NCBI GenBank assembly: GCA_017614315.1
Contig: JAGACA010000018.1
Coordinates: 11,944 to 75,943 of the forward strand
Reading direction: 5' to 3'
DNA length: 64,000 nucleotides
DNA from: Clostridia bacterium
GTDB taxonomy: Bacteria > Bacillota > Clostridia > Christensenellales > CAG-138
The number at the start of each line of letters is the position of its first letter. The stretch's first letter is position 1. The notes below the pieces were generated by a model. That model saw only the letters and a list, made by a program, of their open reading frames with translations, was not told the origin of the DNA and did no database searches. Shown here in pieces: positions 10,272 to 20,072 of this stretch. The position numbers and the translations under genes are program-made.

Positions 10272-10724
10272 ATGAAGGTTTTGATGCTGAAGGACGTTAA
10301 GGGCACCGGCAGCGAGGGCGAGATAGTCAATGTTTCGGACGGGTTTGGGAGAAATTATCTGATCCCCCGCAAGCTCGCCGTTCCCGCCGACGCGAAAAAT
10401 ATCAACGCCGCGAAGATCAAAAAGGCCGCGGAAGAGCACCGCATCGATGTGCAGAGAAAGGTCGCCCGCGAGCTTGCCTCCGGCATGAGCGATCTGACCG
10501 TTCGCATATACGCCAAATCGGGCGAAAACGGCAGGCTTTTCGGCTCCATCACGGGTAAGGAGATCGCCGACGCGCTCAAGGAGCAGTACGATCTTTCCGT
10601 GGACAAGAAAAAGATCCGCATCGCCGATCCCATAAAGGCGCTGGGCATATATGAGGTCGGCGCGCACATGTTTGAACAGACCGACGCGACCTTCAAGGTC
10701 GAAGTGCTTCCGGTCAAGGAGTGA
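10272..10724 (+). CDS. rplI: 50S ribosomal protein L9
   Basis: MKVLMLKDVKGTGSEGEIVNVSDGFGRNYLIP... is a canonical L9 N-terminus. Confidence 0.95.
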   Translation: MKVLMLKDVKGTGSEGEIVNVSDGFGRNYLIPRKLAVPADAKNINAAKIKKAAEEHRIDVQRKVARELASGMSDLTVRIYAKSGENGRLFGSITGKEIADALKEQYDLSVDKKKIRIADPIKALGIYEVGAHMFEQTDATFKVEVLPVKE

Positions 10725-12085
10725 TTATGCCTCAGGATGAAGAAAAATTCAATCTCCCTTTTAACGACGAAGCGGAGAGAGCCGTCCTCGGCTCCATACT
10801 CCTCTCCCCCGAGACAAGCAATCAGGCGCTCGACAAGCTGACGCCCGACGATTTCTTCAGCCTTAAAAACCGCGAGGTCTTCAGGGCGATGAAGCATCTT
10901 TGGGATCGCGGCGGCTCCATCGACGTCGTAACGGTGCTCGATGCGCTCGAGAAGCTGGGCAAGACCGAGGCCTCCGGCGGCATCGAATACCTGACGGAGC
11001 TTTCCGTCACCACGCCGACCGCCATGAACGTCGATCATTACACCGACATCGTCATCGAGGAGTCGACGAGGCGCAGGTTGATCTCCGTCTGCACCGAGGT
11101 GTCGCAGGACGCGCGCACAGGCTCAAGGGAGACCTCCGTTCTGCTTGACGACGCGGAGCGCAGGATAATGCAGATAGCCATCCGTACCTCTTCGGACGAG
11201 ACCTGGGAGCCCATAGCCCCCGTTTACGGGCGCGTGTATCACCGCGTCGGCGAGCTGATGAAGCTTTCCGGCCAGGCGACGGGTCTCCGCACGGGCTTTT
11301 ACGACCTGGACGAGATCACGAGCGGTCTGCAGCGAAGCGACCTTATCATAATCGCCGGACGTCCCGCGAGCGGTAAATCCACGCTCGCCCTGAATATCGC
11401 GGCTCACGCCGCTCTTCGCGAGGGCGCGACGGTCGCGTTCTTCAACCTCGAGATGAGCAGGGAGCAGCTTGCGATGCGCGTTATGGCGACGGAGACGGGC
11501 ATACCCCTCCAGAGCATCAAGACCGGCAGGACGAATCCGGATCAGCTGCTTACGATTGCTAAGAGCTTCGGCGATATCGGCGACGCGCAGCTTCTGCTCG
11601 ACGACACTCCCGGCATAACGGTATCGGATCTTCGCTCCCGCTGCCGCCGCATTAAGGCGCAGCGCGGGCTCGATCTCGTCATCGTCGACTATCTGCAGCT
11701 GATGGGCTCGACCTCGCAGAACAGATCCGATTCCCGCGTGCAGGTCGTGTCGGAGATGACGAGAAGCTTAAAGATCCTCGCGAGGGAGCTTGATGTTCCT
11801 CTCGTGGTGCTGTCCCAGCTCTCGCGTGAGCCGGACAAGCGCCCGGATCATACGCCGCACATGAGCGACCTCCGCGAATCCGGCTCGATCGAGCAGGACG
11901 CGGATATAATCATGATGCTGTACCGTCCCGCCGCGTATGCGGATACCGAGGAATACGCCAATAACAACAATATCGCGTATCTCGATATCGTGAAGCACAG
12001 GAACGGCGAGACGAGACGCATAGAGCTGACCTGGATACCCGAGCTGACCAAGTTCTCGAGCTATTCGAACTACGGCGAAAACTGA
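10721..12085 (+). CDS. dnaB: Replicative DNA helicase DnaB
   Basis: AERAVLGSILL N-terminal motif, Walker A GRPASGKST and Walker B VIVDYLQLM. 454 aa with no intein. Confidence 0.95.
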   Translation: MIMPQDEEKFNLPFNDEAERAVLGSILLSPETSNQALDKLTPDDFFSLKNREVFRAMKHLWDRGGSIDVVTVLDALEKLGKTEASGGIEYLTELSVTTPTAMNVDHYTDIVIEESTRRRLISVCTEVSQDARTGSRETSVLLDDAERRIMQIAIRTSSDETWEPIAPVYGRVYHRVGELMKLSGQATGLRTGFYDLDEITSGLQRSDLIIIAGRPASGKSTLALNIAAHAALREGATVAFFNLEMSREQLAMRVMATETGIPLQSIKTGRTNPDQLLTIAKSFGDIGDAQLLLDDTPGITVSDLRSRCRRIKAQRGLDLVIVDYLQLMGSTSQNRSDSRVQVVSEMTRSLKILARELDVPLVVLSQLSREPDKRPDHTPHMSDLRESGSIEQDADIIMMLYRPAAYADTEEYANNNNIAYLDIVKHRNGETRRIELTWIPELTKFSSYSNYGEN

Positions 12086-12097
12086 AAAATGTATTGG

Positions 12098-12129
12098 AAA
12101 AGGATCTTCCGAAGGGAAGATCCTTTTAG
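12098..12129. terminator. Bidirectional stem-loop terminator between dnaB and ribU
   Basis: Perfect hairpin aaaggatcttcc-gaag-ggaagatccttt. Confidence 0.7.
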
Positions 12130-12131
12130 TA

Positions 12132-12914
12132 CTATTCGGTTTTTGTTTCGGCTTCCGGCTCGGGAGCGGGCGCCGCTTTTCGCTTCGTCCTCCGCGCGTC
12201 GAGCTTATGCATTATCGGCGAAATGCGCTTATAGATGAGGAACGTGACCGCGGAAACGACGACGCCCTTTAGAAGATTGAACGGCACGACGGCGTAGAAC
12301 ACGAGCGTCCACACGCTTGTGATATGCTTGTTCACGGCGGTGCCCATGGCGACGATCGCGGGGATCTCCATATGGAAGAGCTCGGCGAATTTCGGTATGA
12401 GGTACAGCGCGTTGAATGCGCTGCCGAATACCGTCATAAAGACCGTGCCGACGATGAGCGAGACGAGCGCGGAACGCTTGCCGGGCTTCGCGTGATAGAC
12501 CATCGACGCGGGAAGCACGAACGAGCAGCCGACCGCGAAGTTCGCAAAATCGCCGACGAACGCGGTCGAGGTGCCCTTAAGAACGAGCTTGAGAGCGACC
12601 TTGATAAGCTCGGTGATGACGCCCGCCACCGGCCCGAGATAGAACGTGGAGATCATAACGGGAAGCTCGGACAGGTCGAGCTTATAGAAGCTCGGCGCGA
12701 AAAAGAGCGGTATCTCGAGGAGCATCAGGACGCCCGCCATGCAGGAGAACAGCGCGACATAGGCAATGTAGTGCGTATCGGATAACCTGCGGCGGCGCTC
12801 CTTCATTACGAAGCGCTCGAACAGGAACGCGATGAGGAAAAGCCCCGCGAAAATGCCGAGGCAGACGGCAATGAAGCTTAAGTTGTCCTTTGCCGTCTCA
12901 AGCAGTTTATTCAT
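12132..12914 (-). CDS. ribU: ECF transporter S component, riboflavin-specific (RibU-like) with charged C-terminal tail
   Basis: Multi-TM ECF-S-like protein immediately downstream of an FMN riboswitch. Confidence 0.75.
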   Translation of the reverse strand: MNKLLETAKDNLSFIAVCLGIFAGLFLIAFLFERFVMKERRRRLSDTHYIAYVALFSCMAGVLMLLEIPLFFAPSFYKLDLSELPVMISTFYLGPVAGVITELIKVALKLVLKGTSTAFVGDFANFAVGCSFVLPASMVYHAKPGKRSALVSLIVGTVFMTVFGSAFNALYLIPKFAELFHMEIPAIVAMGTAVNKHITSVWTLVFYAVVPFNLLKGVVVSAVTFLIYKRISPIMHKLDARRTKRKAAPAPEPEAETKTE

Positions 12915-12919
12915 GAAAA

Positions 12920-13112
12920 GACCCCCTTTTCAGCTCCGTTAAAGCGGAGCGCAAAAGGAGGACGAGCCCGTTTTGTGTGCCGCTTCTCTCATCCGGACTG
13001 TGACCGTCGGTATCGGATTCGCACCGATTCGGCAGCTTTGAAAGCTGCTCGCAGACTTACCCAATGGGCTTACTGCCGGTAGGGACTTGCACCCTGCCCC
13101 GAAGCATAGATA
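12920..13112 (-). promoter_or_regulatory. FMN riboswitch (RFN element) with RBS-sequestering expression platform
   Basis: The minus strand reads cttcggggcagggtgcaagtccctaccggc...ccgacggtcacagtccggatgagagaagc, the conserved RFN core. A downstream cctcctttt segment is complementary to the aaaaggggg RBS region. Confidence 0.85.
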
Positions 13113-13149
13113 TTTTATCACCGATCCGCCTCTTAATCAAGAGGCATTT

Positions 13150-13977
13150 TTATTCGGCGGCTTTTCTGACCTTTTGGATCGTGCGGTTCAGCTTAATAAA
13201 ATCGACCCTGCCGTCCGGGAACACGGAGCTCGACTCGACCGTGAGCCAGCCGGAATAGTCAATTGCCTTTATCTTTTCGAAGAACGGCTTGAAATCGACG
13301 TGGCCGTCGCCCATGTGGAGCACGCGAAGGTCGGTAAAGTCCTTCACACCCCCGCCGTAATCGTTGACGTGGAGATGCGGCGTCCTGCCATCCCAAAGCC
13401 TGTCCTCGGCAAGCGTCGCGGGAAGCTCGCGGTGGAACTCCGCCATCTTGGTGTCGATCGTGAACAGGGCGTTCGGGTAAGTATCCATAATGCGCCTTAA
13501 GTGCGCGAGCGGCGTTTCGACGGCGCAGACGACGTTCTCTACGGTCAGGATGATTCCCGCGCGTTCGGCCTCAATAAGATAATCCCCGAGCACGGAGACG
13601 TTCCTTTCGATATCGTGATCGCTCGCGGGGCCGCCCCACAGGTGCAGTACAGCAAGCTCAGCCCCGAGCCTTCGCGCGATCAAAAGATTGTTTTTGAACC
13701 TCTCCCCCGCTTCCCTTATCTCGTCGTCAGAGCCAAGGCTCAAAAGCTCGCCGATCCTTTTGTCCATGTGGAGGACGGGTATCCTCATGCCGACGTCGAG
13801 CGATATCCGCCTGACCGCCTCGATGTTTTCGTCAAGCACGGCGTCCCACGACGGATAGACCATGAACTCGACGCCGTCCGCTTCGAGCCTCGGGAAAAAC
13901 TCCCGAAGCAGCCGCGGATCGCGTCCGTTAAATTTGGTTATCATCGCTCCGGTGGAGCAGAGCACGCCCTTTATCAT
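13150..13977 (-). CDS. Sugar phosphate isomerase/epimerase (xylose isomerase-like TIM barrel)
   Basis: TIM-barrel pattern (...AVLHLWGG..., ...HLHVNDYGG...). The start is taken at MIKGVL, preceded by GAGGT. Confidence 0.7.
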   Translation of the reverse strand: MIKGVLCSTGAMITKFNGRDPRLLREFFPRLEADGVEFMVYPSWDAVLDENIEAVRRISLDVGMRIPVLHMDKRIGELLSLGSDDEIREAGERFKNNLLIARRLGAELAVLHLWGGPASDHDIERNVSVLGDYLIEAERAGIILTVENVVCAVETPLAHLRRIMDTYPNALFTIDTKMAEFHRELPATLAEDRLWDGRTPHLHVNDYGGGVKDFTDLRVLHMGDGHVDFKPFFEKIKAIDYSGWLTVESSSVFPDGRVDFIKLNRTIQKVRKAAE

Positions 13978-14046
13978 CGTAACCTCGGATCGGTTTTTTA
14001 TTATTCTATCACCGCGCGCGCGATTATTCAATCACAAAACGCGAGA

Positions 14047-14075
14047 TTGACAATTCGGATCATAAAGGGTAAAAT
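14047..14075 (+). promoter_or_regulatory. Sigma-A type promoter (TTGACA, 17 nt spacer, TAAAAT)
   Basis: TTGACA at 14047-14052 and TAAAAT at 14070-14075, upstream of the phosphatase gene. Confidence 0.45.
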
Positions 14076-14108
14076 CATTGTATCGAAAACAAGCGAAGGT
14101 TTTTTCCG

Positions 14109-14858
14109 ATGATCGACATCCACTGTCATATCGTTCCCGGGGTGGACGACGGCTCTGACGATATCGCCGAGAGCGCGCGCATGGGCGAGGTCGCCGAGGC
14201 GTGCGGGGTCACGGACATTATCGTCACGCCGCACTGCAACATCCCCGGCTCATACAGGAATTATTTCGGCCCGTGGTACGACCGCGAGTTCGAGGGGTTG
14301 AAATCGCTTTTTTCGGAGCACGGCATAAACGTGAAGCTGCACCGCGGCATGGAGGTTTTCGGCACGGACGACGTGGCGAAGCTCTATGACGAGGGGTTGG
14401 TGCTCACGCTCGCCGGCTCGGAGTTCATGCTGGTCGAGTTCGATTTCGGCGACGACATGTGGCGCGTGCGTGACGTGCTGTATTCGCTTTTCGAGAGAAA
14501 AATCACCCCGATCATCGCTCATCCGGAGAGATATTTCCCCGTTCAGGACGATCCGTATTTTGCGCTCGACTGGGTGAAGATGGGTTGCCTTTTGCAGATC
14601 AACCGCACGAGCCTGCTTTCGCATCGCTCGGATCCCTGCTATCGCACTGCGCGGACGCTCCTCGACGAGGCGGCGGTGCACTTCATCGCGACCGATTCGC
14701 ACGGCGTGTTCTCCCGCACGACGAGGCTCTCCGACGCGTACGATTTTATTATGGAGCGCTATCCCGCGGAATGGGCGGAGATACTGATGGACGAAAACCC
14801 CCGCCGCGTGATCGAACATCGCCGTGTGAGGAACCTCCCACGCCCCGAAGGATACTGA
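14109..14858 (+). CDS. PHP-family tyrosine-protein phosphatase (CpsB/YwqE type)
   Basis: The MIDIHCHIVPGVDDGS N-terminus and the ...IATDSHG... motif are typical of CpsB/CapC phosphatases. Confidence 0.85.
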   Translation: MIDIHCHIVPGVDDGSDDIAESARMGEVAEACGVTDIIVTPHCNIPGSYRNYFGPWYDREFEGLKSLFSEHGINVKLHRGMEVFGTDDVAKLYDEGLVLTLAGSEFMLVEFDFGDDMWRVRDVLYSLFERKITPIIAHPERYFPVQDDPYFALDWVKMGCLLQINRTSLLSHRSDPCYRTARTLLDEAAVHFIATDSHGVFSRTTRLSDAYDFIMERYPAEWAEILMDENPRRVIEHRRVRNLPRPEGY

Positions 14859-14861
14859 CGC

Positions 14862-15524
14862 ATGACGGTCAATGACATCCCCGTTATTTCAAATAAGGAA
14901 CAGCTCCGCGGCGTGATCTCGGAGCTCGGCTTTTTGCCCTTCTTCTCATCCGGGATAGAGGGGTTTTCTCTTCGCGACCACATCGACCCCGCCGTGTGGT
15001 TCGTCGAGGGCGTGGACGGCCCGTGGGAGTGGAAGACGGACGTTTCGGTCTACGGCAAGCTTTTCCGCGGCAAGGCGGTGTTCATGACGCCCGAATGGTA
15101 TGCCGTGCTCGCCTGCTATCGCCGCGACGGATATGATTTCGAGGGCATGTACGAGGACGGCTTCCTGCCGCACTCCGCCCTTTACATAATGAACGAGCTC
15201 GAGAAGGGTTCCCTGATCAGCAGCGAGCTCCGAACAAGGACGGGCATGGACGGCAAGGGCTCCGGCTTTGACGCGCTGATCACGACTCTGCAGATGAAAT
15301 GCTTCGCCCTGCCCACCTCGTTCGAGTACGCGATCGACCGTCACGGGCGGCCTTACGGCTGGGGGCTCGCGCGGTATTCGTCCGCCGACAGGTTTTACGG
15401 AAAGGAGATCGCCGCCGCGGAGGAGAAGTACTCTCCCAATGAGGCGAAGGAGCTTCTTATCACGCGCGTGACGGAGCTCTGCCCCGGCGTCACAGTGAAG
15501 CAGGCGGAAAGGCTTGTAAAATGA
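14862..15524 (+). CDS. Hypothetical protein, possibly an AlkZ-related winged-helix protein
   Basis: 220 aa ORF tightly packed between neighbouring genes. The family assignment comes from memory of the ...GFLPFF...GPWEWK... pattern only. Confidence 0.5.
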   Translation: MTVNDIPVISNKEQLRGVISELGFLPFFSSGIEGFSLRDHIDPAVWFVEGVDGPWEWKTDVSVYGKLFRGKAVFMTPEWYAVLACYRRDGYDFEGMYEDGFLPHSALYIMNELEKGSLISSELRTRTGMDGKGSGFDALITTLQMKCFALPTSFEYAIDRHGRPYGWGLARYSSADRFYGKEIAAAEEKYSPNEAKELLITRVTELCPGVTVKQAERLVK

Positions 15525-16003
15525 TCGTATTCAGAAAAGCGGAGCCTGCCGACGCTCCGATGCTCTCCCGCCTTCGCAGGCAGGTCTGGGGCGAGACCTA
15601 CCGCGGGATCTATCCCGACGAGGTGATCGACGGGTACGATTTTTCCCTGCATGAGGAGATCTCCCTCAAAAAGATACTAGACCCTGACATCGAGATGTTC
15701 GTGATCGCTGACGGCGATGCTCCCGTCGGTTACTTTTCTTTCATACACGGCGATCGCGTACACGTGATGCAGCTCTACCTTCTGAGATCCCACAGGGGAT
15801 TGGGCGCGGGCAAAACCGCGATCGGGATCGTGCGCGCATACTGCAAAGAGCACGGCGTCGCCCGTTTCACGATCAACTGCAACGAGCACAACCTTCCCGC
15901 ACGCGGCTTTTATGAGCATATGGGCGGCAAGCTTACCGTCGTCGACGGAGGGCATATAAACCGGCAGGAGGATCAGGTGACGTATCTGTACAGGGTCTGC
16001 TGA
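15521..16003 (+). CDS. GNAT family N-acetyltransferase
   Basis: 160 aa with the acetyl-CoA motif LRSHRGLGAGKTAI. Confidence 0.85.
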   Translation: MIVFRKAEPADAPMLSRLRRQVWGETYRGIYPDEVIDGYDFSLHEEISLKKILDPDIEMFVIADGDAPVGYFSFIHGDRVHVMQLYLLRSHRGLGAGKTAIGIVRAYCKEHGVARFTINCNEHNLPARGFYEHMGGKLTVVDGGHINRQEDQVTYLYRVC

Positions 16004-16016
16004 TCGGACAGAATAA

Positions 16017-16046
16017 AACAGCCTGTTGTCGGCAGGCTGTTTTTTG
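16017..16046 (+). terminator. Rho-independent terminator
   Basis: aacagcctg-ttgtcgg-caggctgtt followed by a T-run. Confidence 0.75.
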
Positions 16047-16051
16047 TTGCT

Positions 16052-16327
16052 TTACCAGGTCTCGTTCGAAAGGTTCTGCATGTTCTGCTTCGCCTCCGAG
16101 ACCTCCTGTCCGGGGGCGGTCTTCGGGTTGTAGAGATTGCGCTTGCGCATCTCGTCGAATACCGTGTACTGGTCGTTCGCGCACTCGGTCATGTTCTGAA
16201 GGAGTATCCTCCTCAGTTCCGTGCTCTCGCACTCCGTGCAGCTCCCTGCGTAGATCGTGGTCATGTTCTTCTCGGTATGGAGAAGATCAGTCAAAAGCTC
16301 CCTTTCGGTCATGTTCTGATTATTCAT
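16052..16327 (-). CDS. Spore coat protein (CotF-like)
   Basis: LTERELLTDLLHTEK...TECES.ELRRILLQNMTECANDQY matches the Coat-F helical repeat pattern. Confidence 0.7.
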   Translation of the reverse strand: MNNQNMTERELLTDLLHTEKNMTTIYAGSCTECESTELRRILLQNMTECANDQYTVFDEMRKRNLYNPKTAPGQEVSEAKQNMQNLSNETW

Positions 16328-16339
16328 ATTTCTCCTCCG

Positions 16340-16573
16340 TTACTGTCTTGTCCCGAGATAGCTGTTCAGCGCGTCGAAGTGCTGACGGTGATGCTCGGCG
16401 TGGTCGCACGCCATCCTCTTCAAGCCGGGATCGGTGAAGCGGCTTTCGTAGACCTTGCATTTCTTATACGCAAGCGCCTCCTGATACATTTCGTCCTGAA
16501 CGACGGTAAGATCGCCGTTCGAGATCGAGCCCTGCGGCTGACTGTTCATGAACCAATTTGTGTTTCCGGTCAT
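16340..16573 (-). CDS. Small spore-coat-associated protein (paired with the CotF-like gene)
   Basis: 77 aa in an operon with the CotF-like ORF. It contains a helical His-rich segment, DHAEHHRQHFDAL. Confidence 0.5.
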   Translation of the reverse strand: MTGNTNWFMNSQPQGSISNGDLTVVQDEMYQEALAYKKCKVYESRFTDPGLKRMACDHAEHHRQHFDALNSYLGTRQ

Positions 16574-16636
16574 ATTTACCTCCCGAATTAGTTTTGGTAC
16601 GGTCAGTATGCCGCGGTTCAGCTTTTTTTATGCAAT

Positions 16637-16665
16637 AAAAAAGCCCTTCGTGTTTAACGAAGAGC
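16637..16665 (-). terminator. Rho-independent terminator of the alpha operon
   Basis: The minus strand reads gctcttcg-ttaaaca-cgaagggc followed by tttttt. Confidence 0.75.
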
Positions 16666-16681
16666 ATTTTTCTTATTCCTG

Positions 16682-17170
16682 TCAGATGAGCTCTATGAGA
16701 GCCATCTCGGCGGCGTCACCGCGGCGGGGACCGAGCTTAAGGATACGGGTGTAACCGCCGGTCTTGCCGTCGTACTTCGGAGCGAGCTCGCGGAAGAGCT
16801 TCTCGACGACGGGATAGTTCGCAACGGCGCGCTTCTCGAAGTCTTCCCTCTTCTCCTTGTGCTCCTTGACCTCTGTGATGTTGTAGAGGTAGCCGACGAT
16901 CTGCCTTCTGGCATGCAGCTTGGAGGGCTTGTCGATAGTCTTTTCGACCTCGATGACCTGCTGCTTGTCGTTCATGGACTTCTTGGTGACGGTCTCGGTA
17001 TTCTTATACTCAGCCACAGCCAGAGTGATGAGCTTCTCGACGATGGGACGGAGCTCCTTGGCGCGGGTCTCGGTAGTCACGAGCTTGCCGTTCCAAAGAA
17101 GAGCGGTCGCCATATTGCGGAACATAGCATCACGCTGATCGGTGGGCTTGTTGAGCTTACGGTTGGGCAT
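16682..17170 (-). CDS. rplQ: 50S ribosomal protein L17 (long form with internal insertion)
   Basis: L17 N-terminus ([17 protein letters not shown]...) and C-terminus ([24 protein letters not shown]). 162 aa. Confidence 0.93.
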   Translation of the reverse strand: MPNRKLNKPTDQRDAMFRNMATALLWNGKLVTTETRAKELRPIVEKLITLAVAEYKNTETVTKKSMNDKQQVIEVEKTIDKPSKLHARRQIVGYLYNITEVKEHKEKREDFEKRAVANYPVVEKLFRELAPKYDGKTGGYTRILKLGPRRGDAAEMALIELI

Positions 17171-17221
17171 TTCTTTTTCCTCCTATAATAGTTGCCGCTG
17201 GGGCATGGACAATTAAGTTGA

Positions 17222-18163
17222 TCAGTCGTCGCTTTCTCTGAGGGAAAGTCCCAGGGTCTGCAGCTTCTGCTGTACCTCTTCGAGGGACTTACGGCCGAGG
17301 TTCCTGACCTTCATCATCTCTTCCTCGTTGCGCTCAACGAGCTCCGCGACGGAGTTGATGCCGGCGCGCTTCAGGCAGTTATAGCTCCTGACGGAGAGAT
17401 CCAGCTCCTCGATGGGGGTCTCCAAGAGCTTCGACTTGTCGTCGCTGCCCTTGTCCTCAAAGATGGTATCGCGCTGGCTGTCCTCGGTGAGGTTGATGAA
17501 CAGGCTGAGGTGCTCGGTCATAATGTTGGCTGCCTTCGAAACGGCATCCTCGGGACGGATAGCGCCGGAGGTCCATACCTCGAGCGTGAGCTGATCGTAG
17601 TCGGTTGTGTTGCCGACGCGGGTATCGTCCACGCGGAAGTTGACCTTGGTGATCGGCGTGAAGATGGAATCAACGGCGATCTCGCCGATGGGCATTCCGG
17701 GCTTCTTGTTCTTATCGGCCGAAACGTAACCGCGTCCCTGATCGAGAACGATCTCCATGTTGAGACGGGCATTTTCGCCCAGAGTGGCGATGTGCAGATC
17801 GGGATTGATTATCTCGACGTCAGCGTCCGTGATGATATCCGATGCCTTGACCTCGCATTCGCCCGTGGCGTCAATGACGACACGCCTGGCGCCCTCGCCG
17901 TGGATCTTGGTGCGGAGCTCCTTGATATTGAGGATTATCTCGGTGACATCCTCTTTCACACCTTCAATGGTGGAAAACTCATGAAGCACGCCTTCGATCT
18001 TGACGGAGGTTGCAGCGACGCCGGGAAGCGAGCTCAAAAGCACGCGGCGCAGACAGTTGCCGAGAGTAGTGCCGAAGCCGCGCTCAAGAGGCTTGACTTC
18101 AAACCTGCCATACCTGTCGGTAAGCTCTACGCACTCTATTTTGGGTCTTTCTATTTCCAACAT
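17222..18163 (-). CDS. rpoA: DNA-directed RNA polymerase subunit alpha
   Basis: [10 protein letters not shown]...[20 protein letters not shown]... plus the C-terminal domain motif [14 protein letters not shown]. Confidence 0.95.
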   Translation of the reverse strand: MLEIERPKIECVELTDRYGRFEVKPLERGFGTTLGNCLRRVLLSSLPGVAATSVKIEGVLHEFSTIEGVKEDVTEIILNIKELRTKIHGEGARRVVIDATGECEVKASDIITDADVEIINPDLHIATLGENARLNMEIVLDQGRGYVSADKNKKPGMPIGEIAVDSIFTPITKVNFRVDDTRVGNTTDYDQLTLEVWTSGAIRPEDAVSKAANIMTEHLSLFINLTEDSQRDTIFEDKGSDDKSKLLETPIEELDLSVRSYNCLKRAGINSVAELVERNEEEMMKVRNLGRKSLEEVQQKLQTLGLSLRESDD

Positions 18164-18229
18164 CAAACTCTCCCCTTTCATTAAGCGTACAGGGTCTCGT
18201 TTCCAAAGGAAACGCCGGGTCTCAATTCA

Positions 18230-18859
18230 TTACCTTGAATAGTACTCAACAATGAGATGCTCCTCAATGATGACGTCGATATCGTCACGCTGCGGCATGG
18301 CGACGACCGTTCCCTGAAGGTTGTCCGCGTCAAGAGTCAGCCACTTGGGCATCTTGCCGTCGGCGCCCTGCTCGCGCAGAGCCTTGAAGCACGCCATGTC
18401 GCGGCTGGAATTCCTTACGGAAATGACCTGGCCGGGCTTCACGATGTAAGAGGGAATGTCGACCTTTTTGCCGTCAACGGTGATATGGCCGTGAACGACG
18501 AGCTGACGGGCCTGCGCGCGGCTTACGCCGAAAGCGAGACGGTAACAAACGTTGTCCAGGCGGCGCTCGCAGAGGCCGAGGAGGTTGTCACCGGTGACGC
18601 CGTGCATGTTGGACGCCATCTCATAATATTTCCTGAACTGGGACTCGAGAACGCCGTACATCCTGCGGACCTTCTGCTTCTCACGAAGCTGGATGCCGTA
18701 GTTGGACTGCTTGCGCTGACGAGCCTGACCATGCTGTCCGGGAGGGGTAGCGCGCTTGGTGAAAGCACACTTCGCGCTGTAACATCTTTCGCCCTTGAGG
18801 AAAAGCTTGCAGCCTTCCCTGCGGCACTGCCTGCAAACGGAATCTGTATATCTTGCCAT
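18230..18859 (-). CDS. rpsD: 30S ribosomal protein S4
   Basis: [16 protein letters not shown]... and an S4 domain. Confidence 0.95.
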   Translation of the reverse strand: MARYTDSVCRQCRREGCKLFLKGERCYSAKCAFTKRATPPGQHGQARQRKQSNYGIQLREKQKVRRMYGVLESQFRKYYEMASNMHGVTGDNLLGLCERRLDNVCYRLAFGVSRAQARQLVVHGHITVDGKKVDIPSYIVKPGQVISVRNSSRDMACFKALREQGADGKMPKWLTLDADNLQGTVVAMPQRDDIDVIIEEHLIVEYYSR

Positions 18860-18874
18860 AATCGTTTGCCTCCT

Positions 18875-19279
18875 TTACACACGCCTGCGCTTGGGGGGAC
18901 GGCAACCGTTGTGGGGGATCGGGGTGACGTCTTTGATCATGTTGATCTCAAGACCAGCCGCCTGCAGCGAACGGATTGCGGACTCACGACCTGCGCCGGG
19001 ACCTTTAACATAAACTTCTACAACACGCATGCCATGCTCCATGGAAGCCTTGGCAGCCTGCTCCGCAGCCATCTGAGCCGCGAACGGAGTGCTCTTCCTG
19101 GAACCGCGGAAGCCGCAGCCGCCGGCGGAAGCCCAAGAGATCGCGTTGCCGTTCAGATCGGTGATGGTAACGAGAGTGTTGTTGAAAGAGGAGCGAATGT
19201 GCGCCTGACCACGCTCGATGTTCTTCTTCTCGCGGCGCTTGCGGGTGGCAATCTTCTTGCCCTTGACCTGTTTAGCCAT
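18875..19279 (-). CDS. rpsK: 30S ribosomal protein S11
   Basis: ...[19 protein letters not shown]....WASAG... is the canonical S11 motif. Confidence 0.95.
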   Translation of the reverse strand: MAKQVKGKKIATRKRREKKNIERGQAHIRSSFNNTLVTITDLNGNAISWASAGGCGFRGSRKSTPFAAQMAAEQAAKASMEHGMRVVEVYVKGPGAGRESAIRSLQAAGLEINMIKDVTPIPHNGCRPPKRRRV

Positions 19280-19293
19280 TTATCGCTTCCTCC

Positions 19294-19659
19294 TTACTTC
19301 TTTCTGGACATCTGACGCTTCGGGCCCTTGCGGGTACGAGCGTTGGTGTTGGTTCTCTGTCCGCGAACGGGCAGACCCTTGCGGTGACGAACGCCGCGGT
19401 AGCAGCCGATCTCGATGAGGCGCTTGATATTGAGCGCGGTCTCACGGCGAAGGTCGCCTTCTACCTTCAGATTCTTGTCAATGTATTCCCTGAGAAGGTT
19501 GACATCGCTTTCGGAAAGATCCCTGACGCGAATGTCGGGATCGACACCGGTTTCCGCCAGGATCTTCTTCGAAGTGGAAAGGCCGATACCGTAGATGTAG
19601 GTAAGGCCGATCTCAACGCGCTTGTCCCTGGGCAGATCAACGCCACTAATACGTGCCAT
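19294..19659 (-). CDS. rpsM: 30S ribosomal protein S13
   Basis: [26 protein letters not shown]. Confidence 0.95.
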   Translation of the reverse strand: MARISGVDLPRDKRVEIGLTYIYGIGLSTSKKILAETGVDPDIRVRDLSESDVNLLREYIDKNLKVEGDLRRETALNIKRLIEIGCYRGVRHRKGLPVRGQRTNTNARTRKGPKRQMSRKK

Positions 19660-19735
19660 TGGATTTAATTACCTCCGTAAATAAGAAAATATTCGTTATT
19701 CGGGGAATTACCCTTCCCCACGGGGGGTATAATCA

Positions 19736-19815
19736 CCTGCCGGTTCCCGATTTAGACACTGGCCAAGCAACCACTCATTGGCCAAAGTCCAAACCGGGCA
19801 GCCGCACCGGACAGG
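19736..19815 (-). promoter_or_regulatory. Long nested imperfect hairpin in the 246-nt rpmJ-rpsM spacer (candidate r-protein autoregulatory leader)
   Basis: Minus strand: cctgtccgg...cccggttt-ggac-tttggccaa-tgagtggttgc-ttggccag-tgtc-taaatcggg-aaccggcagg. Three nested helices can be drawn by hand. Confidence 0.35.
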
Positions 19816-19906
19816 AAATGATCAAACACAGTTCAGAAGGTTTTCACTCCTCGCGCAAAGTGAAGTGTTCTTCGCGAGCGCAAATACCCGTTGAAGCCTG
19901 TCGGGC

Positions 19907-20020
19907 TCAGCCCTGCTTCTGCTTATGGCGGGGATTATCACAAATGATCATGACGCGGCCCTTGCGCTTGATGATCTTGCACTTTTCGCACATGGGCTTA
20001 ACACTCGGCCTGACTTTCAT
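19907..20020 (-). CDS. rpmJ: 50S ribosomal protein L36
   Basis: Not in the ORF track because it is under 60 aa. The minus strand translates to [37 protein letters not shown]. Confidence 0.95.
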   Translation of the reverse strand: MKVRPSVKPMCEKCKIIKRKGRVMIICDNPRHKQKQG

Positions 20021-20072
20021 GGTTTTTCCTCCTTAACGTAATTACATATCTTAACGGCAATGCCGCTGTTTG

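Noticed and set aside
9177-10667. 496-aa minus-strand ORF across yybS/rplI
   Set aside because: It is an Arg/His/Glu-rich low-complexity antisense frame overlapping two well-supported + strand genes.
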